This document shows positions 16,473 to 24,401 of a DNA stretch of 64,000 nt, one piece after another (position 1 is the stretch's first letter; the number at the start of each line of letters is the position of its first letter). Origin of the DNA: Flavobacteriales bacterium (lineage in GTDB: Bacteria; Bacteroidota; Bacteroidia; Flavobacteriales_D; Sanyastnellaceae); NCBI GenBank assembly GCA_044371535.1, contig JBILTL010000001.1, positions 9,668 to 73,667 on the forward strand, read 5' to 3'. Made by a program: the position numbers and the translations under genes. The notes beneath the pieces are model-generated. The model had not been told where the DNA came from. It was given only the letters and a program-made list of their open reading frames with translations, and did not search any database.

Positions 16473-18293
16473 ATGACCCCCTTAGAATCCGCAAAAGAAA
16501 AAGCTGCACTTTGGAAAACATACGACCTAGACGCAGAGACACGTGTAGAGATTGAACGCATGGAGCGTGAAGACGAGAAGTTGTTTATTGATTCGTTTTA
16601 TTCCGATTTGGAATTTGGGACAGGAGGATTGCGCGGCGTCATGGGTGTGGGAAGCATGCGCATGAACAAGTATACCGTGGGTATGGCTACGCAGGGATTG
16701 GCGAATTATATTTTGAAACACCATGCGCAAGTGGGTGGAGAGGGTTCGGTGGCGATCGCGTATGATTCGAGAAATAACTCGAGTTACTTCGCGCAAATTG
16801 CTGCAGATATTTTAGCTGAAAACGGCATACGCGTTTATCTCTTTTCTGAATTGCGTCCGACTCCGTTGTTGTCGTTTACCGTTCGTGAATTGAAATGCAC
16901 TGCGGGTATTGTTATAACCGCTTCACACAATCCGAAAGAGTACAACGGGTATAAGGTTTATTGGAGCGATGGTGGGCAGATATTGCCGCCGAATGACAAA
17001 GGGATAATCACCGAGGTTAAGATTGCCATGACTGGCAAAGATTCTTCGAAAGATGCAAATGCTTTGCAAGATGTTGCACAAGATGCACCTTCGGTGCAAG
17101 ATGCTACGCAAGATGCGATGCAAGATTCCTTCGGAAAGAGGGGAATGATAAACGAAGTGCCTCAGGCTGTTGAGGAAAAATATTTGGAATTGGTGCGCGG
17201 TCTTACCTTATCTGAAGAGGCAGTGAAGCAAGAGAAAGATATTTCCATTGTGTATACCTCTATACATGGTTCGGGGATAACGTTGGTGCCGAAGACGTTG
17301 TCTGCGTTGGGATTTTCGAATGTGAGTGTGGTGGAAGAGCAGGCGGTGCCCGATGGAAATTTCCCGACAGTGGAGTCTCCAAATCCGGAAGAGAAGTCAG
17401 CTATGAAAATGGCGTTGGAGTTGGGAGAGAAGGTGAATGCTGAATTGGTTTTGGGAACAGATCCAGATACCGATCGCGTGGGATTGGCGGTGAGAAATGA
17501 TCAGAATGAATTGGTATTGATCAATGGTAATCAAGCGGGAAGCTTGTTGGTGTATTATCGTTTGTTGGTCGGAAAGGAAAAAGGAAAATTACCTGAACAT
17601 CCGTTTATTGGAAAGACCATTGTTACCACTGAATTGATTGCGCGCATTGCGGAATCGTTCGGGGTGCCGTGTTACGACACGTTAACGGGATTCAAGTTTA
17701 TAGCGGGACTCATTAAAGAAAAAGAAGGGAAGGAAAATTTCGTAGCGGGAGGAGAAGAAAGCTACGGCTATTTAGTAAGTGATTTCGTTCGCGACAAGGA
17801 TGCGGCTTTGTCGGCGGTTCAGTTTGCAGAGATCGCAGCTTACGCGAAGAGCAAAGGAACATCGATATGGGGAATGTTGAAAGACCTTTACCTGCAACAC
17901 GGCGTGTTTCAGGAAGAGTTGGTAAGCATTACATTGAAGGGAATCGACGGTGTTGCGCAGATTCAAAGCATGATGTCGCGTCTTCGCACCACCCCTCCCA
18001 AAACCCTTGGCGGAGTAGCCCTTGCAGAATTGCACGATGTGAAAGCAGGCACCTGCAAAAACATGACTACCGGAGAAACTACGACACTCCCCTATCCAAG
18101 TTCAGACGTCTTGCAATTCATCTTAACCGACGGCAGCAAGATTAGCGCTCGCCCGAGTGGAACGGAACCGAAGATTAAGTTTTACTTTTCGCTTCGCAAG
18201 GAAGTATCTTCTGCTTCTGAGATTTCTGAAGCGCAATTTGAGCTTATGCAGAGAATTGAGCTAATTAAAAACGAAATGCTAAATGCGGGGTAA
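16473..18293 (+). CDS. pgm: Phosphoglucomutase/phosphomannomutase (alpha-D-phosphohexomutase) carrying an in-frame repeat insertion
   Basis: Active-site block GIVITASHNPKEYNGYKVYW, metal loop GTDPDTDR and sugar loop GGEESYG. Start at ATG 16473. Codons at 17037-17141 (KDSSKDANALQDVAQDAPSVQDATQDAMQDSFGKR) are encoded by a CAAGAT-type repeat array. Confidence 0.9.
   Translation: MTPLESAKEKAALWKTYDLDAETRVEIERMEREDEKLFIDSFYSDLEFGTGGLRGVMGVGSMRMNKYTVGMATQGLANYILKHHAQVGGEGSVAIAYDSRNNSSYFAQIAADILAENGIRVYLFSELRPTPLLSFTVRELKCTAGIVITASHNPKEYNGYKVYWSDGGQILPPNDKGIITEVKIAMTGKDSSKDANALQDVAQDAPSVQDATQDAMQDSFGKRGMINEVPQAVEEKYLELVRGLTLSEEAVKQEKDISIVYTSIHGSGITLVPKTLSALGFSNVSVVEEQAVPDGNFPTVESPNPEEKSAMKMALELGEKVNAELVLGTDPDTDRVGLAVRNDQNELVLINGNQAGSLLVYYRLLVGKEKGKLPEHPFIGKTIVTTELIARIAESFGVPCYDTLTGFKFIAGLIKEKEGKENFVAGGEESYGYLVSDFVRDKDAALSAVQFAEIAAYAKSKGTSIWGMLKDLYLQHGVFQEELVSITLKGIDGVAQIQSMMSRLRTTPPKTLGGVALAELHDVKAGTCKNMTTGETTTLPYPSSDVLQFILTDGSKISARPSGTEPKIKFYFSLRKEVSSASEISEAQFELMQRIELIKNEMLNAG
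17038..17138 (+). repeat. CAAGAT-word mini-hairpin array inserted in-frame inside pgm
   Basis: AAGAT recurs 7 times at spacings of 12, 18, 12, 18, 12 and 12 nt. Between them lie palindromes ttc-ttc-gaa, gcaaa-tgc-tttgc, gcacc-ttc-ggtgc, tgc-tac-gca and ttcc-ttc-ggaa. The word and grammar match the intergenic arrays at 28-49 kb. Confidence 0.85.
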
Positions 18294-18295
18294 TT

Positions 18296-18501
18296 CCACT
18301 ACGTGGGTAAATTAAAGTAAATAGCCTGCGGCTGTAATAAAGAGCAGTCGAGCTTACGACGCAGCGACTTAATTCAATTTACTGCGAAGCAATTTATCCT
18401 CCTTCAAATAAGTCCACTTGCGTGGGTAAATTGAAGTAAATAGCCTACGGCTGTAATTAAGTACAATCCAACTTACGGCGCAGCCACTTACTTTAACTTA
18501 C
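18296..18501. repeat. Two ~88-nt direct copies, start-to-start period 118 bp, built from short hairpins and TAA-rich words
   Basis: Copy 1 starts at 18296: ccactacgtgggtaaattaaagtaaatagcctgcggctgtaataaag... Copy 2 starts at 18414: ccacttgcgtgggtaaattgaagtaaatagcctacggctgtaattaag... Embedded hairpins are ccac-tac-gtgg and agcc-tgc-ggct. Lies between convergent pgm and rfbA. Confidence 0.85.
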
Positions 18502-18512
18502 ACCGAAGGTAT

Positions 18513-19373
18513 TTATTTCAATAGCCCCAAAAGATAGCCGCCGTACCCACTCTTCACCAACGGTTCCGCCAGTGCAATCAATTCCTCTTGATTGATATAC
18601 CCCATCCGATAAGCAATCTCTTCAATACACGAAATCTTTTGGCCTTGTCTTTGCTCCATAACCTGAACAAACTGTCCCGCCTGCATCAATGATGCAAATG
18701 TTCCAGTATCCAGCCAAGCAGTGCCGCGATTAAAGACAGTTACCGTGAGTTGTCCGCGTTTCAAGTATTCTTGATTCACATCGGTAATCTCGTATTCTCC
18801 GCGTGCAGAAGGTTTTAGATTTTTAGCAATTTCCACTACTGAATTGTCATAGAAATACAATCCAGGAACGGCATAATTGCTTTTCGGTTGTGAGGGTTTT
18901 TCTTCAATGGAAATGACTTTCCCTTCCGAATCGAATTCCACCACACCGTAGCGTTCTGGATCGTTCACGTGATAGGCAAATACTTTTCCGCCAACTACTT
19001 CGGTGCTTGCTTGTAATAATTTGCTGAGCCCACTCGCGTAAAAAATATTGTCCCCTAATATTAAAGCGACTTTTTCTTTTCCAATGAATTCTTCTCCAAT
19101 CACAAAAGCTTGCGCAAGTCCATTGGGTTCGGTTTGTTCAGCGTATTCGAAGGTGCAACCCAATTGAGATCCGTCTCCTAATAATTTTTGAAATCCGGGT
19201 AAATCGTGCGGCGTAGAAATAATCAAGATCTCACGAATACCCGCCAACATCAATACCGAAAGCGGATAGTAAATCATGGGCTTGTCGTACACCGGCATGA
19301 GCTGCTTGCTTACGGCCAAGGTTAACGGATGCAAGCGCGTTCCTGAACCACCCGCGAGAATTATTCCTTTCAT
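18513..19373 (-). CDS. rfbA: Glucose-1-phosphate thymidylyltransferase
   Basis: [18 protein letters not shown]...[17 protein letters not shown], the canonical RmlA sequence. 286 aa. Confidence 0.95.
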   Translation of the reverse strand: MKGIILAGGSGTRLHPLTLAVSKQLMPVYDKPMIYYPLSVLMLAGIREILIISTPHDLPGFQKLLGDGSQLGCTFEYAEQTEPNGLAQAFVIGEEFIGKEKVALILGDNIFYASGLSKLLQASTEVVGGKVFAYHVNDPERYGVVEFDSEGKVISIEEKPSQPKSNYAVPGLYFYDNSVVEIAKNLKPSARGEYEITDVNQEYLKRGQLTVTVFNRGTAWLDTGTFASLMQAGQFVQVMEQRQGQKISCIEEIAYRMGYINQEELIALAEPLVKSGYGGYLLGLLK

Positions 19374-19376
19374 GGC

Positions 19377-20435
19377 TTAACGATTAACGTATTGATTGTT
19401 GTAATAAGTCTGGTACGCACCTGAAGTGACGTTGTTTAACCACTCGGTATTGTTCAAATACCAATCGACTGTTTTTTCAATGCCTTCTTCAAACTGTAAA
19501 GAAGGTTTCCATCCCAATTCATTCATGATTTTGGTTGAATCTATGGCGTAACGCAAATCGTGTCCCGCGCGGTCGGTGACGAATTGAATCAGCTTTTCCG
19601 ACTCGCCTTCCGTTCGATTTAATTTACCGTCTAAAATCTTACACAGCAATTTCACCACATCTATGTTCTTCCATTCATTGAATCCGCCTATGTTGTAGGT
19701 CTCTCCTATTTTCCCTTCGTGAAAAACTTTGTCAATGGCTTTTGCATGATCTTCCACGAACAACCAATCGCGCACATTCTCTCCTTTTCCGTAGACAGGA
19801 AGGGGTTTTTGGTGAATGATGTTGTGAATGATGAGTGGAATTAGTTTTTCTGGAAAGTGATTCGGACCGTAGTTGTTCGAGCAATTGCTTATGACAATTG
19901 GAAGTCCGTACGTGTTTCCGTAAGCACGAACAAAATGGTCGGAAGCCGCTTTGGAAGCGGAATACGGGGAACGCGGATCGTAAGAAGTTTCTTCGGTGAA
20001 GAAGTCTTCCGCGTTATGCAGTTCTCCGTACACTTCATCGGTAGAAACATGGTAAAAGCGTTTGCCTTCGAAGTTGTTTTTCCAATGTGCAACGGCTGCA
20101 TTTAACAACGTAACCGTTCCAACCACATTCGTTTGCACAAACTCCATGGGATTCGTAATGCTTCGGTCTACGTGCGACTCTGCGGCCAAATGAATGACAC
20201 CATCGAAGTTGTATTTGTCGAATAACGACTGTACAAAAGCGGCATCTGCTACATCTCCTTTCTCAAACGCGTAATTCGCAAGATGGTCCACATCTTTGAG
20301 ATTCTCTAGGTTACCTGCGTAAGTAAGCTTATCAAGATTTACAACTTTGACATCGGCATGCGTCAACAAAAAATGACGAACCACATGCGAACCAATGAAT
20401 CCGGCTCCGCCTGTGATAAGAATTGTTTTATACAT
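19377..20435 (-). CDS. rfbB: dTDP-glucose 4,6-dehydratase
   Basis: ILITGGAGFIGSH Rossmann motif, the YSASKAASD catalytic motif and RmlB-type length of 352 aa. Confidence 0.95.
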   Translation of the reverse strand: MYKTILITGGAGFIGSHVVRHFLLTHADVKVVNLDKLTYAGNLENLKDVDHLANYAFEKGDVADAAFVQSLFDKYNFDGVIHLAAESHVDRSITNPMEFVQTNVVGTVTLLNAAVAHWKNNFEGKRFYHVSTDEVYGELHNAEDFFTEETSYDPRSPYSASKAASDHFVRAYGNTYGLPIVISNCSNNYGPNHFPEKLIPLIIHNIIHQKPLPVYGKGENVRDWLFVEDHAKAIDKVFHEGKIGETYNIGGFNEWKNIDVVKLLCKILDGKLNRTEGESEKLIQFVTDRAGHDLRYAIDSTKIMNELGWKPSLQFEEGIEKTVDWYLNNTEWLNNVTSGAYQTYYNNQYVNR

Positions 20436-20454
20436 TATAAAGAATTAATAAAAC

Positions 20455-21510
20455 TCAAGCCAATGACTTTAAATCACTCTCAACCATAATTCGAATTAGC
20501 TCCTCTATTGACGTCTGTTTTGGGTTCCAACCTAAATCTTGCATTGCGCTTTTTGGATCTCCAACCAACTCTTCTACTTCACTCGGTCTATACTGTGTCG
20601 GGTCAACTTCAACTAAAATTTTTCCAGTTTCTAAATCAACACCTTTTTCATCTATTCCTACTCCCTGCCATTCAATTTTAATGCCTATGAGATTAAATGC
20701 CATTGCACAAAAATAACGGACAGAATAAGATATGCCAGTAGCAATTACATAATCCTTTGGAGTGCTATTCTGCAACATTAACCACATGCATTTAACATAG
20801 TCTTTAGCATATCCCCAATCTCTTTTCGCATCTAAATTTCCCAAATACAACTTATCTTGAAGCCCCAATTTGATTCTTGCTACAGACATTGTTATTTTTC
20901 TCGTAACAAAGGTTTCTCCTCGCCTTTCACTTTCATGATTAAACATAATTCCGTTAACCGCGAAAAAACCGTATGCCTCCCTATAATTTTTCGTTATCCA
21001 AAATGCATATAACTTCGCAACTCCATAGGGAGAACGAGGATAAAAAGGAGTTTTTTCATTTTGAGGAACCTCCGTTACCTTTCCATACAATTCACTCGTT
21101 GAGGCTTGATATATTCTACACGTTTTCTCGAGATTTGTTAAACGAACAGCCTCCAACACTCGCAAGGCTCCAAGAGCATCAACCTCGGAAGTATACTCAG
21201 GAACTTCAAAAGAAACTTTAACATGACTTTGAGCCCCTAGATTGTAAATTTCATCTGGTTGTATTTTTCCGATTATAGATATTAATGATGATAAATCCGT
21301 TAAATCGCCATAGTGCAATTCCAACCTTCTTTCTTTACTGGTATCAATAATCCAATTATTAAAATATAAGTGCTCTATTCTTTTAGTATTAAAGCTTGAC
21401 GATCTTCTAATTAGACCATGCACCTCATAATTCATTTCTAACAAGAATTCAGCTAAATAAGATCCGTCTTGTCCGGTTATTCCTGTAATAAATGCAACTT
21501 TTTTTTTCAT
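20455..21510 (-). CDS. gmd: GDP-mannose 4,6-dehydratase
   Basis: [21 protein letters not shown]...[19 protein letters not shown]...[20 protein letters not shown], the canonical Gmd sequence. Markedly AT-rich gene. Confidence 0.95.
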   Translation of the reverse strand: MKKKVAFITGITGQDGSYLAEFLLEMNYEVHGLIRRSSSFNTKRIEHLYFNNWIIDTSKERRLELHYGDLTDLSSLISIIGKIQPDEIYNLGAQSHVKVSFEVPEYTSEVDALGALRVLEAVRLTNLEKTCRIYQASTSELYGKVTEVPQNEKTPFYPRSPYGVAKLYAFWITKNYREAYGFFAVNGIMFNHESERRGETFVTRKITMSVARIKLGLQDKLYLGNLDAKRDWGYAKDYVKCMWLMLQNSTPKDYVIATGISYSVRYFCAMAFNLIGIKIEWQGVGIDEKGVDLETGKILVEVDPTQYRPSEVEELVGDPKSAMQDLGWNPKQTSIEELIRIMVESDLKSLA

Positions 21511-21524
21511 TCTTTAAATAAAGT

Positions 21525-22835
21525 CTATAATCGACAATCCGAAATTCGTCGAGGTAAAATTCCTTTCAAATCAAAAATTACTTTATCATCGCTGTTAATA
21601 AAATTATATTCAATAAATTCAGAATGTGCAACTCCAATTATTACACCTTGATACTCAGAAATCATCTGATTACTAACGTTTTTAATAAGATCTATTCCAA
21701 ACTCTTGCTTTACCTCATCTACATTGGCCCATGGGTCATAAATATCAACAATACATCCAAATTGAATTAATTCAGAATGTATGTCTATAATCTTTGTATT
21801 CCTAACATCAGGACAATTTTCTTTGAATGTAATTCCTAAAATTAATATTCTTGCATTTTTTATTAGAATTCCTTTAGCTATAAGTTTCTTTATCATCTTA
21901 TTTGCCACGAATTCCCCCATTCGGTCATTAACTCTTCTACCCGATAAGATTACAGCCGGATGATAACCCGCTTGCTCTGATCTAAAAGCGAGATAATAAG
22001 GATCAACTCCGATGCAATGCCCTCCAACCAGACCAGGTTTGTATTTCAGAAAATTCCATTTAGTACTTGCCGCATCCAATACTTCATGAGTATCTATTCC
22101 TAATTTGTCAAAAATAAGTGCTAACTCATTAACAAAAGAAATGTTTACATCTCTTTGAGCATTTTCGACTGCCTTGGAAGCTTCTGCAACTTTTATTGAA
22201 GTCGCTCTATATGTTCCTGCTGTGATAATGCTTTGGTACAATTTGTCAACCAAATCCGCAATCTCTAATGTACTTCCACTCGTAACTTTCTTGATACTTG
22301 TTAGAGTATTTACTTTATCACCCGGGTTAATTCTTTCAGGTGAGTATCCACAAAAAAAATCTATATTAAATTTCAATCCAGATTCCTGTTCTAAAACAGG
22401 AACACATTCCTCCTCAGTACACCCAGGATATGTTGTGCTTTCATAAATTACTATGTCCCCTTTTTTAAGTATTGATCCTATTGATTTCGAAGCAAGAATT
22501 AATGGACTTAAATTCGGTCTTTTACTTTCATCAACAGGTGTAGGAACGGTTACAATGTAAATGTTAGCAGACCCTAAATCATAGATTGCATTCGAAAGAT
22601 ACAATCCATTATTCTTCCATTTTTTTTCTTTTTTAAGAACTTCTAATAGTTCTGTACTATCAGTTTCCCTGGTAATATCAAACCCCGAATTCAGCTCATC
22701 GATTCTTTTTTTATTAATATCAAATCCTATTACGCTATATTTTTTACTAAATTCTACCGCAAGTGGCAATCCAACATAACCTAATCCTATTACTGCAATT
22801 CGTTTATTAGCTAACATACCCAGAATTTTCAACAA
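21525..22835 (-). CDS. Nucleotide-sugar (UDP-N-acetyl-hexosamine) 6-dehydrogenase, TviB/WbpO-like
   Basis: KRIAVIGLGYVGLPLAVEF Rossmann motif and catalytic GGHCIGVDP. An alternative start at 22817 is possible. Very AT-rich. Confidence 0.85.
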   Translation of the reverse strand: MLKILGMLANKRIAVIGLGYVGLPLAVEFSKKYSVIGFDINKKRIDELNSGFDITRETDSTELLEVLKKEKKWKNNGLYLSNAIYDLGSANIYIVTVPTPVDESKRPNLSPLILASKSIGSILKKGDIVIYESTTYPGCTEEECVPVLEQESGLKFNIDFFCGYSPERINPGDKVNTLTSIKKVTSGSTLEIADLVDKLYQSIITAGTYRATSIKVAEASKAVENAQRDVNISFVNELALIFDKLGIDTHEVLDAASTKWNFLKYKPGLVGGHCIGVDPYYLAFRSEQAGYHPAVILSGRRVNDRMGEFVANKMIKKLIAKGILIKNARILILGITFKENCPDVRNTKIIDIHSELIQFGCIVDIYDPWANVDEVKQEFGIDLIKNVSNQMISEYQGVIIGVAHSEFIEYNFINSDDKVIFDLKGILPRRISDCRL

Positions 22836-22913
22836 AGATAGAGTATGTTAACTTATAGAAAACTAAATTAGTTTGAAACAAAAATCTGCAAGAATTCAAA
22901 AATTGCCAACTCG

Positions 22914-24401
22914 CTAGTTTTCTAACAATGCAATTCTAATCACAGAACCCTCCGCAGGCGAACTCGAAAGCACATAGATCGCGCCTTTATGATAATTCTT
23001 CACAATGCGCTTTGCAAGAGAAAGTCCAAGACCCCAACCGCGGAGCTTCGTGGTGAAGCCAGGTTCGAAGATGGTTTTCCATTTGCGTTTCGGGATACCC
23101 TTGCCGCTGTCTTTGACGTCAATGTATACCTTGCCGTTGGCTTCGTGAATGGATACAGTTAGCTGTCCTTTCGCATCCATGGCGTCTACGCTGTTCTTCA
23201 CAAGGTTTTCAATGACCCAACTGAACAAGGCGACGTTCACATTCACATTCGGATTGCCTTCCGATTCAACGAGAATAACGACTTCAGAGGATATACGGAC
23301 GCGCAAGTAATCTAAGATTTCTTCCACCAAGTCTTTTGCGCCGACTGGCGTGAGCGCTGCTTCTGAGCCGATTTTAGAGAAGCGTTCTGTTATGGTTGAA
23401 AGGCGCTCGATGTCTTTGTTAAACTCATCGATGAGCGCCTTCGAAACGCCTTGCTGCTCGAACAAATCGCGCCAAGCCATAAGCGCAGAAAGCGGAGTGC
23501 CCAACTGATGCGCCGTCTCCTTCGCCATACCCACCCATACCAAATTCTGCTCGGATCTTCTAAACGTAGAGAACAACACATACGCCACAACTAAGAATAC
23601 GCCTATGAGCGACAACTGTAAATACGGAAACAACTTCAACTGCTGAATGGTAGCAGAGTCGTCGTAGAAAATATACTGCGTTGGCCTTCCTGGAATTTTA
23701 ATTTCAATGGGCTCATACCCTTCCTTCATTTCAGCCAAGACCTCATTCACATTGCATTTCAGCGTGTCTATCTTTCCAACCTGAACAACATTCATCTTCG
23801 TGCTGTCGGTAACAATTACAGGCACAGAAGCGGTGTTAATTACCGTTTCATTGAAGAACGAAGAAACCAAATCGTCGATGGTTTGCTTCAATTCTTTGTA
23901 CATGTAACTGTTGCTGTAGTAAACCACAATGTTGACGTCTGGAAAAGCAATGGGTTTGTACTCTTGCTCGTACTGAAGACGCAATTCTTCTATGCGAACG
24001 GGATCTTTGATGTACACCGAATCGATGTTGCGCGAAAGCTGAAATTTATTTTTGTTATTGCAAACCAACAAAGGAATGCTGTTGTTTAGCGAAAGAACAT
24101 CTACCGGAAATGTAAGATCTCCCCGCGCATCCGCAATTGCCTTCACTGCACGTCCCAAAACTTCCGCTTTGCTCGTTTCCTCGGAACGCAAGCTGTCGAA
24201 CAAGACCTGCGTAAGCTTCACCAATTCTTCCTTCTTGCGAATGGCGCTGTGCCACAATTCGACCTTCGCTTTTTCTTCATCGCGAATGCGACGCGCAATG
24301 CTGTTGGTGTACCACAACGTAACGCCCGCAATGGTCGCTGCTAAAAGCAACAAGACCACTTTCCAACGTTGTTTATTCTGCAATACAGCCATGTTCTTCA
24401 A
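22914..24401 (-). CDS. Membrane sensor histidine kinase (no cognate response regulator in window)
   Basis: Two TM segments flanking an extracytoplasmic domain, H-box ETAHQLGTPLSAL, and HATPase_c N/G boxes (VIENLVKNSVDA, DSGKGI, GWGLGLS). Confidence 0.85.
   Translation of the reverse strand: MKNMAVLQNKQRWKVVLLLLAATIAGVTLWYTNSIARRIRDEEKAKVELWHSAIRKKEELVKLTQVLFDSLRSEETSKAEVLGRAVKAIADARGDLTFPVDVLSLNNSIPLLVCNNKNKFQLSRNIDSVYIKDPVRIEELRLQYEQEYKPIAFPDVNIVVYYSNSYMYKELKQTIDDLVSSFFNETVINTASVPVIVTDSTKMNVVQVGKIDTLKCNVNEVLAEMKEGYEPIEIKIPGRPTQYIFYDDSATIQQLKLFPYLQLSLIGVFLVVAYVLFSTFRRSEQNLVWVGMAKETAHQLGTPLSALMAWRDLFEQQGVSKALIDEFNKDIERLSTITERFSKIGSEAALTPVGAKDLVEEILDYLRVRISSEVVILVESEGNPNVNVNVALFSWVIENLVKNSVDAMDAKGQLTVSIHEANGKVYIDVKDSGKGIPKRKWKTIFEPGFTTKLRGWGLGLSLAKRIVKNYHKGAIYVLSSSPAEGSVIRIALLEN

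Noticed and set aside
21499-21507. A9 homopolymer immediately after the gmd start codon as a phase-variation tract
   Set aside because: The tract is just three AAA lysine codons (MKKKV) in a very AT-rich gene. Nine bases is borderline for slipped-strand switching, and I see no alternative downstream start or other contingency-locus features. It is only worth checking if strain data show length variation.
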